A stretch of DNA of 64,000 nucleotides from a virus (Duplodnaviria > Caudoviricetes). Each line of letters begins with the position of its first letter. Position 1 is the first letter of the stretch. The notes beneath the pieces are model-generated. The model had not been told where the DNA came from. It did no database searches and saw only the letters and a list, made by a program, of their open reading frames with translations. The stretch lies in the IMG/VR virus record IMGVR_UViG_3300028833_000064, positions 1 to 64,000 of that record; one strand, written 5' to 3'. Shown piece by piece: positions 9,140-19,184 of the stretch. The translations under genes were made by a program, and so were the position numbers.

Positions 9140-11947
9140 ATGGCAACTGAAAATGAAAATTTTATAATTTCGACACAAATTGATACATTTAATATTGATG
9201 AAGCCGGTACTTTTAGCGGTTCAAAGAAAATTACTTTGAACACAAAAGATACTTATGTTCCAAAAAATATTGAAGTAAATGTTGGTGCAAACGTTAATGT
9301 TACAGCAGCATCACTTGCAAATACAGAGACAAGCGGTCAGACTTATACTGAAAATACGGCCGATGCAACAATAATTCCAGCGGGTGGTGCATTGTATATT
9401 AATAAGGGTTGGATAAACAACACGAAAATCACACTCGGTCATATGATTCCGGATGATACTGGTTATACCAACGCCGGTGTTGCACATATCCGTAATGGTT
9501 TTGAAGCTTATGACACAGAAGGTAATAAACTTATCGGTACAATGGCCAATACAACACTATCATCTTCCGGTGGTGCAATGTCTGGTACATTATCTGTTAC
9601 CGGTGGTACAATTGATGTAACTCCAAAAATTACTGGTACAGGTGTTTCCGCTTCACAAGGTCAGACGTATGGTGTTACATCCACAAAACCAAGTGGTACA
9701 GATGGAACCAGTTATCTCACTTTTGACCCAGATGCAACTGGAGGAAATGTGTCAAATAGTGGTTCTATAACGGTTACACGTGCTAAAGTTGAAACATCCG
9801 GTATTCCTGGTTATTATGATGGGACAACTACAGAATTCAGTTCTGACACTAAATCATTTACAGGGAGTGCAACAACATCTACAAGTATTAAAGCTGGTTC
9901 AAATTATTATATGCCAATCGTAACAATTGCAGGTACAGGTGGTGGGGTTACAAAATCTTCCGGTTCCGGTTCTGTTACAGGTACAAAACCAAATGTTACT
10001 GTTGCATATAGTGGTAAGTTTACCGAATTAGGAACATCTGGTGTTGGTAAAAATTATGGTATTATTGAAGGAACACCCGAAACTGGTACAGATGGAACTA
10101 ACTATTTGAGTATAGTAACAACCGCTACACCGGATGCAGCACAGACTTGGAGTGGTACAGCAACCATCGATTATACTAGGGCAGAAATTAAATCTAACGC
10201 CAACAAAGCCGGTGCTATAAAGGTGACAACTTCAACATCTTTATTGACATCAACAACCGGTTCTTTAACACACGAAATAAGTGGTAGTGTTCAAGCAACC
10301 GTAAGTGGTGCAAAGACATATTCCATTCCTATTGTGAGTGTGACACATTATGGTGGTGAAGTTACGGCAACTGCAAGTGGTTCAACCGGCACTCGAGCAA
10401 CAGCAACGGTAACTAATAATATTTTGGGTAAAACTTCTACCGGTGATACAATAGATGTCGGTAATTATGGTTTTGAGGCCGGAACTTGGACTCTTTCAGA
10501 GATGTCTGGAGCAAACGCCGGAAATGGATATATTACCATTTATCCGAGTTACAGTGGTAATAGTCCGACTTGTGTTTGTAAGGCAAATGCACATGTAAAT
10601 GCCGTAACTTATTCAAATAACGCCGGTGCAGTTGCAGCACATAGTGGAGAAACTGCATTGGAAGCAGATAATGCTACCAACTCAAAGACTGTTACTTTAT
10701 CATCAACACAAGTTGGATATACTAGTGGTAAAAGGTCATGGAGAATACATGTTGTTGAGCCAAAGGGCACAGGTGGTATAGTTACTGTGGCTGCAACTGC
10801 ATCCATAACTCCTGTTGGAGAGGAGGGTGGTTCAACTGCACCCGAAGTGAGTATCGATTATTCAGGATGGCTTAATGACCATGACGATACATATGGTATC
10901 GTCTATGAGGAACCAACTGGATTCCACGATGGAGACAACTATACCTTACTTAGTGTAAGTAACACAAATACCGATGGTTCAATTGTTGGTTCAATTTCTG
11001 GTCATTATGATAGAACGGCTGTTAAGGCAGATGATATTTATCAAGGTGCCGTCAATATGTCAACTTCCACAGAATTATTGGCCGCTGCAAGTAACCAACC
11101 AATTTCAGGTACTTTTACAACGGGTTCTATCGGAGCAAATGTCACTGGTCAAAAAGACATTTATATACCAGTTGCACAATATTCAATAACAGGTGGTGAT
11201 TTAACTCAGGATAGTTTTACGGTAAGTACCGCTACTGGTAATAAAGATATGACACCAGATATGTCTTTCTCTAAAGGTACTGGTAATGGTAGTGGTTCTT
11301 CAATTACATCTAGTACTTATGGTATTGGAACAACAAAACCTAGTGGTGACTGGGTTTCAATTGACCCAAATGTTAGTGATGGAAGTAACACAAGTGGTAC
11401 ACACAGCATAACCTTTTCTGGAAGTGCAAGCGTAACCCGTGCAGCGGTTACGGCTTCTATGACAAGAGGAATAACAACAGATGCAAGTTGGATGTTGAAT
11501 TCAAAAACTTCAAACCTTAGTGGTAGTGGTACATGGTCTTATACACTTAAAAGTGGTACAACAAAATATATTACCGTTTCAACAGCAACACCATCAGTCG
11601 TCGAACATACCGTAGTCGACCCAACCGCTACCGGTTCGGAAAACGCTTCATTTAAAATACAAGGAACACCTCAAACACTTCCAGCCGGAGTTAATATTCT
11701 TACATCCGAACCAGTAGATTTTGATACATATAGTGGAGGATATATTATCATCGAACCAAATGTGACAACAACTGCCGGAAGTAGTTCTGCAAAAAGTAAA
11801 GTATCGATTACCAAAGGTATCACATCGGCAAAAGATGTCGAATCAGCAATAGATGCACAAAATGTCTCCGTTACGGTGAATACCGCTTCAGATAAATGTT
11901 ACATAAAGGTTTATAAAGTGGAACCAAATGGATACACGATTTCGTAA
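9140..11947 (+). CDS. large Gly/Thr/Ser-rich tail fibre or spike protein
   Basis: 935 aa, degenerate YG.....P.GTDG..YL repeats; CATAAATA at 9110. Confidence 0.65.
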   Translation: MATENENFIISTQIDTFNIDEAGTFSGSKKITLNTKDTYVPKNIEVNVGANVNVTAASLANTETSGQTYTENTADATIIPAGGALYINKGWINNTKITLGHMIPDDTGYTNAGVAHIRNGFEAYDTEGNKLIGTMANTTLSSSGGAMSGTLSVTGGTIDVTPKITGTGVSASQGQTYGVTSTKPSGTDGTSYLTFDPDATGGNVSNSGSITVTRAKVETSGIPGYYDGTTTEFSSDTKSFTGSATTSTSIKAGSNYYMPIVTIAGTGGGVTKSSGSGSVTGTKPNVTVAYSGKFTELGTSGVGKNYGIIEGTPETGTDGTNYLSIVTTATPDAAQTWSGTATIDYTRAEIKSNANKAGAIKVTTSTSLLTSTTGSLTHEISGSVQATVSGAKTYSIPIVSVTHYGGEVTATASGSTGTRATATVTNNILGKTSTGDTIDVGNYGFEAGTWTLSEMSGANAGNGYITIYPSYSGNSPTCVCKANAHVNAVTYSNNAGAVAAHSGETALEADNATNSKTVTLSSTQVGYTSGKRSWRIHVVEPKGTGGIVTVAATASITPVGEEGGSTAPEVSIDYSGWLNDHDDTYGIVYEEPTGFHDGDNYTLLSVSNTNTDGSIVGSISGHYDRTAVKADDIYQGAVNMSTSTELLAAASNQPISGTFTTGSIGANVTGQKDIYIPVAQYSITGGDLTQDSFTVSTATGNKDMTPDMSFSKGTGNGSGSSITSSTYGIGTTKPSGDWVSIDPNVSDGSNTSGTHSITFSGSASVTRAAVTASMTRGITTDASWMLNSKTSNLSGSGTWSYTLKSGTTKYITVSTATPSVVEHTVVDPTATGSENASFKIQGTPQTLPAGVNILTSEPVDFDTYSGGYIIIEPNVTTTAGSSSAKSKVSITKGITSAKDVESAIDAQNVSVTVNTASDKCYIKVYKVEPNGYTIS

Positions 11948-11967
11948 ATTTGTTTGGTTGTCTTAAA

Positions 11968-12004
11968 TAAAAAAAGTGACAGATACAAGTCTGTCACTTT
12001 TTTT
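11968..12004. terminator. intrinsic terminator
   Basis: AAAAAAGTGACAGA-tacaag-TCTGTCACTTTTTT. Confidence 0.85.
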
Positions 12005-12061
12005 GTTATTTTTATATATAATAACACATAAATAAATTAAATATTAAAATTTCAACAATAT

Positions 12062-15000
12062 ATGTCAAATATACCTATAGAAGTCAATACCGGTGAAACT
12101 AAAACAATCACATTTCACACAGCCGGTACTTTTAACACAGAGGATATAGTTTTTTCAATTTCAGCCGCCGGTGGTGATGCAAATACCACATTGAGTGGTG
12201 TCGCCTATTGTAGTACCGCTGCTGCAACCGCCGCTAAAACTGCTACAATGCCGGGTTTTGAACTAGTAACCGGACAGAGGATACTCCTTCAGACAACTAA
12301 TACAAATAGTGCAACATCCAATGTCACACTCAGTGTGAATGGTACAACAGCCAAACCAATCAAAATTGGTACGGCAAATCCAACAGCAAGTAACTTTCTG
12401 GCTGGTTGGTGGATTGCCAATTACGATGGTACGAACTGGGTTCTGACAAGAATTTATTTAAGTGATGAGAATACTACACAGACATACGCTTCGGCATCTG
12501 GTTACACATATTGGAGACCACTTGTTATAGGATATAGTGCCGGTTCAGAAGGTTTTACACCATCTACTAAAACAGATAATACATACACGTTTAGTACTCT
12601 TACATGTCAACCAAGCAGTGGTACGATAAGAGCAGGACATTTCAAAGTCATTGATGGAACATCTTCTCAATTCTTGAAAGCCGACGGAAGTGTGGATAAT
12701 AACACATATTCACTTTCATCACACGACCATAGTGGTGTCTATAAACCAATTCAAACCGCTGTTTCAGACCCAAGTGTCCCAGAGAGTGGTACAACTACGT
12801 CGACAACTTTCATTGACACAATAAGTCAAGATACAAACGGTGTGATTACTGCAACAAAGAAAACACTTCCGGCATATCTGTCGGCTGTCACTGCATTGTC
12901 AGCAACACCATCTGCTTCACTATCAGATAAAACTTTGACATTTAAACAATTTAGTCAAGCAACATCTGCACAAGTTTCTGCCGCTGACAGTAGTACTAAA
13001 TTGCATTTCAACACTGCACCAACGGAGACTAACAAAATTGCAACAATGTCTGATGTAACTAGTGCTTTTCAGGTAAATGATGCAATGATATTCAAGGGAA
13101 CTCTTGGAACAAACGGTACTGTTACAGCACTACCGGCCAAACACTATCAAGGATGGACTTATAAAGTTATCACTGCCGGTACTTGGGCTGGTGTAACTTG
13201 TGAAGTCGGAGATATGGTAATCTGTATCACCGACGGTACTTCTGCAAATAACGCCCATTGGACTGTTGTTCAGTCTAATATTGACGGTGCTGTCACTGGT
13301 CCTGCATCTTCTGCTTCTGGTAACGTGGTGACTTTCAACGGAACAACAGGAAAGTTGATACAAGACTCTGGATTTACAATCGGAAAGAGTGTTCCAAGTA
13401 ATGCAGAATTTACTGATACGAAGGTTACTTCTTCCGCCAACCATTATACACCTGAGACCGTTTCTGGTCAGGACAAAAGTGCAAGTGCTTCCGGTGGTTC
13501 TGCTGCATGGAGTATAGATGTTGTTAAGGGTGTGACTTTGAACACTGATGGCAAGGGTCACGTTACCGGTATTTCTGTTACTTCGGGTAAGTTACCCTCT
13601 AACCCCAACACCGATACTAAGGTTTCACAAGGTAGTACAACCACTGCTAATTACAGAAAGGTACTTCTTGCACATAATAGTAATGCTTCTGCCGGTGCAG
13701 ATGTTGTAACTGAAACTGATGTCGTATATGGTGCAAAATTAGTTGAAGTCCAACCAAGTACTGGTACATTAAGGGCAAATGCTTTTGTAAAGGTTGACGG
13801 TAGTGCATTACAATTCTTGAAGGCTGATGGTAGTGTTGACAGTAGTAAATATGCTTTGGAGAGTCATAATCACGATGGTGATTATCAACCAGTGGGTAAC
13901 TATAAGACAACACAGACTGCCGTTTCAGACCCAAGTGTTCCAACGAGTGGTATAACTACATCAACATCATTTATCGATACTATTAGTCAAAATACAAATG
14001 GTGTCATAACAGTAACCAAGAAGAATCTTCCTACTGCAAGTACAACCGTTGCCGGTATAACAACCGTCGGTGCTTCGGGTGGTGCTGCCGCTTATAGTCA
14101 CACACATAGTTATGCATCATCAAGTCATACTCACGGTAATATTACAAACGCCGGTGCTCTTCAATCTACTGGTGTTGATATTGCAAACAATGATTGTCTT
14201 GTTGTGACAGACGCTTCAAATAGTGCAAAAGTTGCAAAAACAACCACTGTGTTTGATGGTAGTACAACATCACAATTCTTAACAAAGAAAGGTACTTTTG
14301 AAAGTCTTCCTACTGCAAGTACAACCGTTGCCGGTATAACAACCGTCGGTGCTTCGGGTGGTGCAGCATCTTATGGACACGACCACAATGGAGTTTATCA
14401 ACCAGTCGGTAACTATAAGACAACTCAGACTGCCGTAGCAAGTCCAACTGCTGGTACAACAACTGCAAGTGCATTCATTGACACAATTAGTCAAGACACC
14501 AACGGTGTGATTACTGCAACAAAGAGTCCTATACCACAAGATATGGTGTACATTGAAACTGCTGCCGGTACGAAAGCAAAGACTGCCACAGTTCCTTGGA
14601 CATATACTTTGAACACCGGTAATGTATTTCCCGTTGTGTTGAAGACAAGTAGTACCGTTGCTGCTGCAACATTAAGTATTAATGGAACAGCCGCTAAACC
14701 GGTGTATATAGATGGTGCTGCCTCCACAGCATCTAACTGGACTGCTGGAACATATCTTTGTTATTACAATGGTACTAACTACTATATGTACACTGATAGA
14801 AGTCCGTTCCAAGATAAGAAAGTTACACCAGTTGCACTTTCTTCTACCGGAACAACGAATTATAATATACTTCTTGCATATTCAACAACTCCTACTACAA
14901 ATGGTCAACCAAACTATGCAACAACAGCAAAGATAAACGGTAAGGGTGAAATAACGGCAACCAAGTTTAAGTTGTCTAGTGGTACTGGTTTCTTGAAGGC

Positions 15001-16912
15001 TGACGGAAGTGTGGATAGTAATACATATTCAACTTCAGACCATACACATAGTGGCTACAAAACAACCCAGACCGCTGTTTCAGACCCAAGTGTTCCAACG
15101 AGTGGTGCAACCACATCGACAACTTTCATTGATACTATAAGTCAAGATACAAACGGTGTTATAACTGCAACCAAGAAAAATCTTCCTACTGCATCAACAT
15201 CGACAGCGGGTATTATCAAGATTGGTACTACTGAAACAACAGCCGCTGCCGGTAATCATACACATACGTTTGAAAGTCTTACTTCGAAACCGACAACACT
15301 TGCCGGTTATGGAATAACCGATGCAACCGACACCAAGGTAACACAGACCGTAACTGGTAGTTCAAATAGTTCGTGGAGACCACTTATCATAGGTGGTTCG
15401 TCTTCTGATGCAACCCCTTTTGCCCCATCAACAACTACAACTACAACTTATGCAACACATCTTGCAAAATTCAAACCATCTACAGGTGTTCTCGGCATTG
15501 TCGGTTTGAATAAGATGAAAACCAATGGAACGGTCGCTGATGGTTCAAATAACACATTATGGAATACTAACGGAGGAACTACAACCATTGCTACTGTTGC
15601 AACTTCAGGTTCGTACTCTGATTTGAGTAACAAACCTCCAATACCAACAATGATGAGTGAACTCACAAACGATGTTGGCTACACAGACAACATAGGTACG
15701 GTCACAAGTGTTAAAGTTGGAACAAATTCATATAATCCTTCGAATGGAGTGGTTTCACTTCCCGAATATCCTACAGATACAGAAGTGACACAGACATACG
15801 CTTCAGAATCGGGTTACACAAATTGGAGACCACTTATCATAGGATATAGCAGTAAATCCACTGAAGGTACTGCACCATCTACTATCACAAGTACTACATA
15901 CACGTTTAGTACTCTTACATGTCAACCAAGCAGTGGTACGATAAGAGCAGGTAGTTTTAAAGTCATTAATGGAACATCGTCTCAATTCCTGAAAGCCGAT
16001 GGAACTTTGGATAGTAATACATATTCAACATCTGATACGAAAGCATCATCTGTGGTGGTTGGTCCAACTTCATCAACTGATGTTAATACCGATTCGACAG
16101 ACTCTTGTTTTATCAATGTTGTAAATTCTGACGGTACTGTTGCACCTGGTGTAAAAATCACTGGTAGTGGTTCTGTATCGGTTAGTTCAAATCGTAATGG
16201 TATTATAACTATAACTGGAACAGGTGGAAGTGGAGGAGCCGATGTAACTATACCGGAATCAGACATAACCATAGGAACAACAGCAACAACCTATATAACA
16301 GTAAATAGTACGAGTAGAAGTATTAAATTACCTACAAAACCTCCTTCAGGATGGTTGGGTACAAGTTCCGATACTGCTTCTAAAGGTACTCATTCACATG
16401 GAACTATAACAAATGGAGGTTATATCAATGGTAATAGTGTGCAATCCGGAGGTGTGTCAAACAACCAGGTTCAAATTGCTAATGGTGATAGACTTGTAAT
16501 TGGTGACTACAGTGCAAGGTCATCAAACACATATCATCCGTTAAAACTCACAAGTATTACATTTGACGGAAGTACTACAACACAATTCCTTTCAAGAAAA
16601 GGTACTTGGGAGACTCCCACGACTCCTCTTGCTACTCCAGTAGCGACTGATGAAGTTGATAGTATTGGTGTAGAGGGAACCGTATTACCAGTAGATTCTA
16701 TTGGTGGTATTTCTGGAATAGGAGGAACAAAATATGATTTAAGTGCAGCAAACATTCAAATTTTGAGACCTAGTGGTAGTAATATTGAATATTTACTTCC
16801 AATTTGTATGGATGATTATGGTCATTTATTCTTACCTATTTCGGAAGCTTTTAAATCTTTCTTGCTTGGTTCAGAGATTGGTGATTATTATTTTACATTC
16901 CAACAACATTAA
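12062..16912 (+). CDS. long modular tail fibre protein
   Basis: 1616 aa; repeated FLKADGS, FIDTISQDTNGVIT, HxH and KPTTLAGYGITDA modules; CATAAATA at 12027. Confidence 0.75.
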   Translation: MSNIPIEVNTGETKTITFHTAGTFNTEDIVFSISAAGGDANTTLSGVAYCSTAAATAAKTATMPGFELVTGQRILLQTTNTNSATSNVTLSVNGTTAKPIKIGTANPTASNFLAGWWIANYDGTNWVLTRIYLSDENTTQTYASASGYTYWRPLVIGYSAGSEGFTPSTKTDNTYTFSTLTCQPSSGTIRAGHFKVIDGTSSQFLKADGSVDNNTYSLSSHDHSGVYKPIQTAVSDPSVPESGTTTSTTFIDTISQDTNGVITATKKTLPAYLSAVTALSATPSASLSDKTLTFKQFSQATSAQVSAADSSTKLHFNTAPTETNKIATMSDVTSAFQVNDAMIFKGTLGTNGTVTALPAKHYQGWTYKVITAGTWAGVTCEVGDMVICITDGTSANNAHWTVVQSNIDGAVTGPASSASGNVVTFNGTTGKLIQDSGFTIGKSVPSNAEFTDTKVTSSANHYTPETVSGQDKSASASGGSAAWSIDVVKGVTLNTDGKGHVTGISVTSGKLPSNPNTDTKVSQGSTTTANYRKVLLAHNSNASAGADVVTETDVVYGAKLVEVQPSTGTLRANAFVKVDGSALQFLKADGSVDSSKYALESHNHDGDYQPVGNYKTTQTAVSDPSVPTSGITTSTSFIDTISQNTNGVITVTKKNLPTASTTVAGITTVGASGGAAAYSHTHSYASSSHTHGNITNAGALQSTGVDIANNDCLVVTDASNSAKVAKTTTVFDGSTTSQFLTKKGTFESLPTASTTVAGITTVGASGGAASYGHDHNGVYQPVGNYKTTQTAVASPTAGTTTASAFIDTISQDTNGVITATKSPIPQDMVYIETAAGTKAKTATVPWTYTLNTGNVFPVVLKTSSTVAAATLSINGTAAKPVYIDGAASTASNWTAGTYLCYYNGTNYYMYTDRSPFQDKKVTPVALSSTGTTNYNILLAYSTTPTTNGQPNYATTAKINGKGEITATKFKLSSGTGFLKADGSVDSNTYSTSDHTHSGYKTTQTAVSDPSVPTSGATTSTTFIDTISQDTNGVITATKKNLPTASTSTAGIIKIGTTETTAAAGNHTHTFESLTSKPTTLAGYGITDATDTKVTQTVTGSSNSSWRPLIIGGSSSDATPFAPSTTTTTTYATHLAKFKPSTGVLGIVGLNKMKTNGTVADGSNNTLWNTNGGTTTIATVATSGSYSDLSNKPPIPTMMSELTNDVGYTDNIGTVTSVKVGTNSYNPSNGVVSLPEYPTDTEVTQTYASESGYTNWRPLIIGYSSKSTEGTAPSTITSTTYTFSTLTCQPSSGTIRAGSFKVINGTSSQFLKADGTLDSNTYSTSDTKASSVVVGPTSSTDVNTDSTDSCFINVVNSDGTVAPGVKITGSGSVSVSSNRNGIITITGTGGSGGADVTIPESDITIGTTATTYITVNSTSRSIKLPTKPPSGWLGTSSDTASKGTHSHGTITNGGYINGNSVQSGGVSNNQVQIANGDRLVIGDYSARSSNTYHPLKLTSITFDGSTTTQFLSRKGTWETPTTPLATPVATDEVDSIGVEGTVLPVDSIGGISGIGGTKYDLSAANIQILRPSGSNIEYLLPICMDDYGHLFLPISEAFKSFLLGSEIGDYYFTFQQH
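12477..16030 (+). repeat. dispersed intragenic DNA repeats in the tail fibre
   Basis: About 55 bp identical at 12582 and 15897; 60 bp identical at 14026 and 14305; TAVSDPSVP module at ~12755, ~13915 and ~15071. Confidence 0.85.
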
Positions 16913-16946
16913 AAAAAACCCTCGAACAATTTGTTCGAGGGTTTTT
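16911..16946. terminator. bidirectional intrinsic terminator
   Basis: AAAAACCCTCGAACA-att-TGTTCGAGGGTTTTT between convergent genes. Confidence 0.9.
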
Positions 16947-16955
16947 AATATTTTA

Positions 16956-17582
16956 TTATAGAAAGAATCCTTTCTTTTTAAGATACTTGCCGAATGAGTC
17001 AAATATTTCCAAAATATTGTCTTTCATAATTTCCGTGTCAGATTTTACAATTGGTTTTGTGTATGGTTTTTTCTCGGTATTGTCTATCTGTTTATAATTC
17101 TTATAATCTTTGTCAACATAACTCAACAATCTGTTGTAGTAACGGATACCGGTGTCAAGAGTCTTGTTTTCTTTGTTTAGTTCGGTAATTCTTTTGTTTG
17201 CAGAGTCTATATCTTCTTTGCATTTTTCAATCTTTCCATCATTTTCTTCCTTATATCTTTTCCAATTTTTAATGTATCTTTTCAAATTTTCAATGACATC
17301 TTCCTTGTTGGAACAGTTTTCCAGCTTTTCTTTGATTCCTTCTTCAATCTTGTATTCACCATTTTCATCTTTTTCAGAATCCCTTGACAATGTGATTTCA
17401 TCAGTGTCTACAATAATTTTTTCGCCATCTTTCTTTACTGGTTCATCATCTGGAACAATCTTCTCATATGATGTGACAACGAGTTGTTCATAAGGGTTTT
17501 CCATTGCTTTTTTTACGGCTTCGTTGAAGTCTTCACGATTGGTGTATTCAACACCGTTTACATTTCCGATAAACTTTTTCAT
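16956..17582 (-). CDS. coiled-coil hypothetical protein, paralog A
   Basis: First 26 aa identical to 17641..18270; shared C-terminal F.SFG..LK..GF. Confidence 0.8.
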   Translation of the reverse strand: MKKFIGNVNGVEYTNREDFNEAVKKAMENPYEQLVVTSYEKIVPDDEPVKKDGEKIIVDTDEITLSRDSEKDENGEYKIEEGIKEKLENCSNKEDVIENLKRYIKNWKRYKEENDGKIEKCKEDIDSANKRITELNKENKTLDTGIRYYNRLLSYVDKDYKNYKQIDNTEKKPYTKPIVKSDTEIMKDNILEIFDSFGKYLKKKGFFL

Positions 17583-17640
17583 TTCTTCAATTTTTTTATA
17601 TGTTTAATTCTTCTATTCTATTATTCTATTATTTGTTCTT

Positions 17641-18270
17641 TTAAAAGAATCCATTTCTTTTCAAGAAAGAACCAAACGATTCAAACACATTTGAAGAATC
17701 ACCATAGGTCTTAACCGAAGGTTGAATGTATTCGGATGTATTCTTACCGATATGGGAAAGAAGAGTCTCGTAGTAACGAGTTGCACCCGAGGTTTGTTTA
17801 TGGTATTTCTTCATTTTAATCAATCCCTCATTTTCTGCCTTTATCTCTTCATTTAGTTTTTCTATACGTAACTTGTTTTCGGAAACGTATTTCTCAGCAG
17901 TCTTTTCTTCCTTCTTCCAATAAGAGAGATGCTGTTTAATGTTTGCAATAGTTTCTTCAACATTTTCACAATTTTCAAGTTTTTTCACCAAACCATCTGG
18001 AATCTCATAAACAATAGAAGTTCCGTCGTCTGTCGTTTTTTCATTCTTTGTGGAAATACCAGACACTAAATCTTCGTCGAACACATGCATCTTCACCTTT
18101 CCGATTGGTTGACGCTTCTCTTGATTTACATCAACATTTTCAATATCTGTCTCGTATGAGGTAACGACAAGTGTCTCATTAGTGTTCTCAATTGCTTTCT
18201 TTACGGCTTCATTGAAGTCTTCACGATTGGTGTATTCAACACCGTTTACATTTCCAATAAACTTTTTCAT
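17641..18270 (-). CDS. coiled-coil hypothetical protein, paralog B
   Basis: Tandem paralog of 16956..17582. Confidence 0.8.
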   Translation of the reverse strand: MKKFIGNVNGVEYTNREDFNEAVKKAIENTNETLVVTSYETDIENVDVNQEKRQPIGKVKMHVFDEDLVSGISTKNEKTTDDGTSIVYEIPDGLVKKLENCENVEETIANIKQHLSYWKKEEKTAEKYVSENKLRIEKLNEEIKAENEGLIKMKKYHKQTSGATRYYETLLSHIGKNTSEYIQPSVKTYGDSSNVFESFGSFLKRNGFF

Positions 18271-18282
18271 ATTTCTATTATT

Positions 18283-18663
18283 TTATATGTTTAACTCTTC
18301 TATTCTATTATTCGTTTTTTCGCCCATTAGAGAGGCGAAAATGTGTCGGTGACAGAAGTCCCCACTCTTCTCAAAACAGAGCAATACGAGGTCTCTTTTG
18401 CCGTTTATTTCGGATATTTGTTCAAATGTTTCCCATACACGGTTGAAATCAAACCTTTCCATATCCTTCCTGTAGATTTTCTCGTATTCGGTTTCGTCGA
18501 TTTCACCGGACTTTATTTTTCTCAGTAAATCCTCCGAGGGGGCGAAAGTTTTAATCTCGGCGACATCGAGTCCTTTCGGTGTGTATCTTGCAATGGATAT
18601 TGGAAAATATCCGGCATCCAATATTTTGTTGAGTTTTGCAAAATAACTCGTATAAATCTTCAT
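18283..18663 (-). CDS. DUF488-family protein
   Basis: IYTSYFA..ISIARYTP..APS..LL and LLCFEK.GDFCHRH signatures. Confidence 0.85.
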   Translation of the reverse strand: MKIYTSYFAKLNKILDAGYFPISIARYTPKGLDVAEIKTFAPSEDLLRKIKSGEIDETEYEKIYRKDMERFDFNRVWETFEQISEINGKRDLVLLCFEKSGDFCHRHIFASLMGEKTNNRIEELNI

Positions 18664-18700
18664 ACACTAAATATAACAAAAAATCAGTGAAAACAATATT

Positions 18701-18886
18701 TCACTGATTTTTTTCCTTTTCTTTTTTGAGTTCTTTTTTTAGAATTTCAATCTCGAGACACATACTTTGGTTTCTCCCGTATAAGTTTCTTACATTATCA
18801 CGTTCTGTTTTAAGACGTTCTTCAAGTATACTTATCTCATTTTTTAATCTTTCTATTTCTTCATCCTTTTTTCTAAACCAAAACAT
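18701..18886 (-). CDS. small coiled-coil protein
   Basis: 61-aa ORF. Confidence 0.6.
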   Translation of the reverse strand: MFWFRKKDEEIERLKNEISILEERLKTERDNVRNLYGRNQSMCLEIEILKKELKKEKEKNQ

Positions 18887-18892
18887 AGTATA

Positions 18893-19129
18893 TTATTTTA
18901 TTCTTTTCCAAACAAATTTATTTTCCGATACATAAACTTTTACTATTTTACCGTCAGCAATATCTTTTCTTAGTTTCAATATTTTTGAATATCTTTCGTT
19001 CACATTGTTTGATTCTACAGACTTTTTTGCTTCTGGTATTTGAATAGGAATGGAAGTATCGTTTTTTCTATCTTTCAATTGATTTATAAAATCTCTGTAT
19101 TCTCTTTCAAATTCATTCATATTAAACAT
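18893..19129 (-). CDS. hypothetical protein
   Basis: 78-aa ORF; CATAAATA on the - strand at 19152-19159. Confidence 0.65.
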   Translation of the reverse strand: MFNMNEFEREYRDFINQLKDRKNDTSIPIQIPEAKKSVESNNVNERYSKILKLRKDIADGKIVKVYVSENKFVWKRIK

Positions 19130-19151
19130 ATTGATAGCATTTATTATATTT

Positions 19152-19184
19152 TATTTATGATGTAAAGAACATAAATATTTTATG
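19152..19184. promoter_or_regulatory. back-to-back CATAAATA late motifs
   Basis: - strand at 19152-19159; + strand CATAAATATTTTATG at 19170-19184. Confidence 0.6.

Noticed and set aside
8551-16912. Diversity-generating retroelement acting on the fibres
   Set aside because: No reverse transcriptase in the window; the repeats are in-frame coding modules without adenine-specific mismatches
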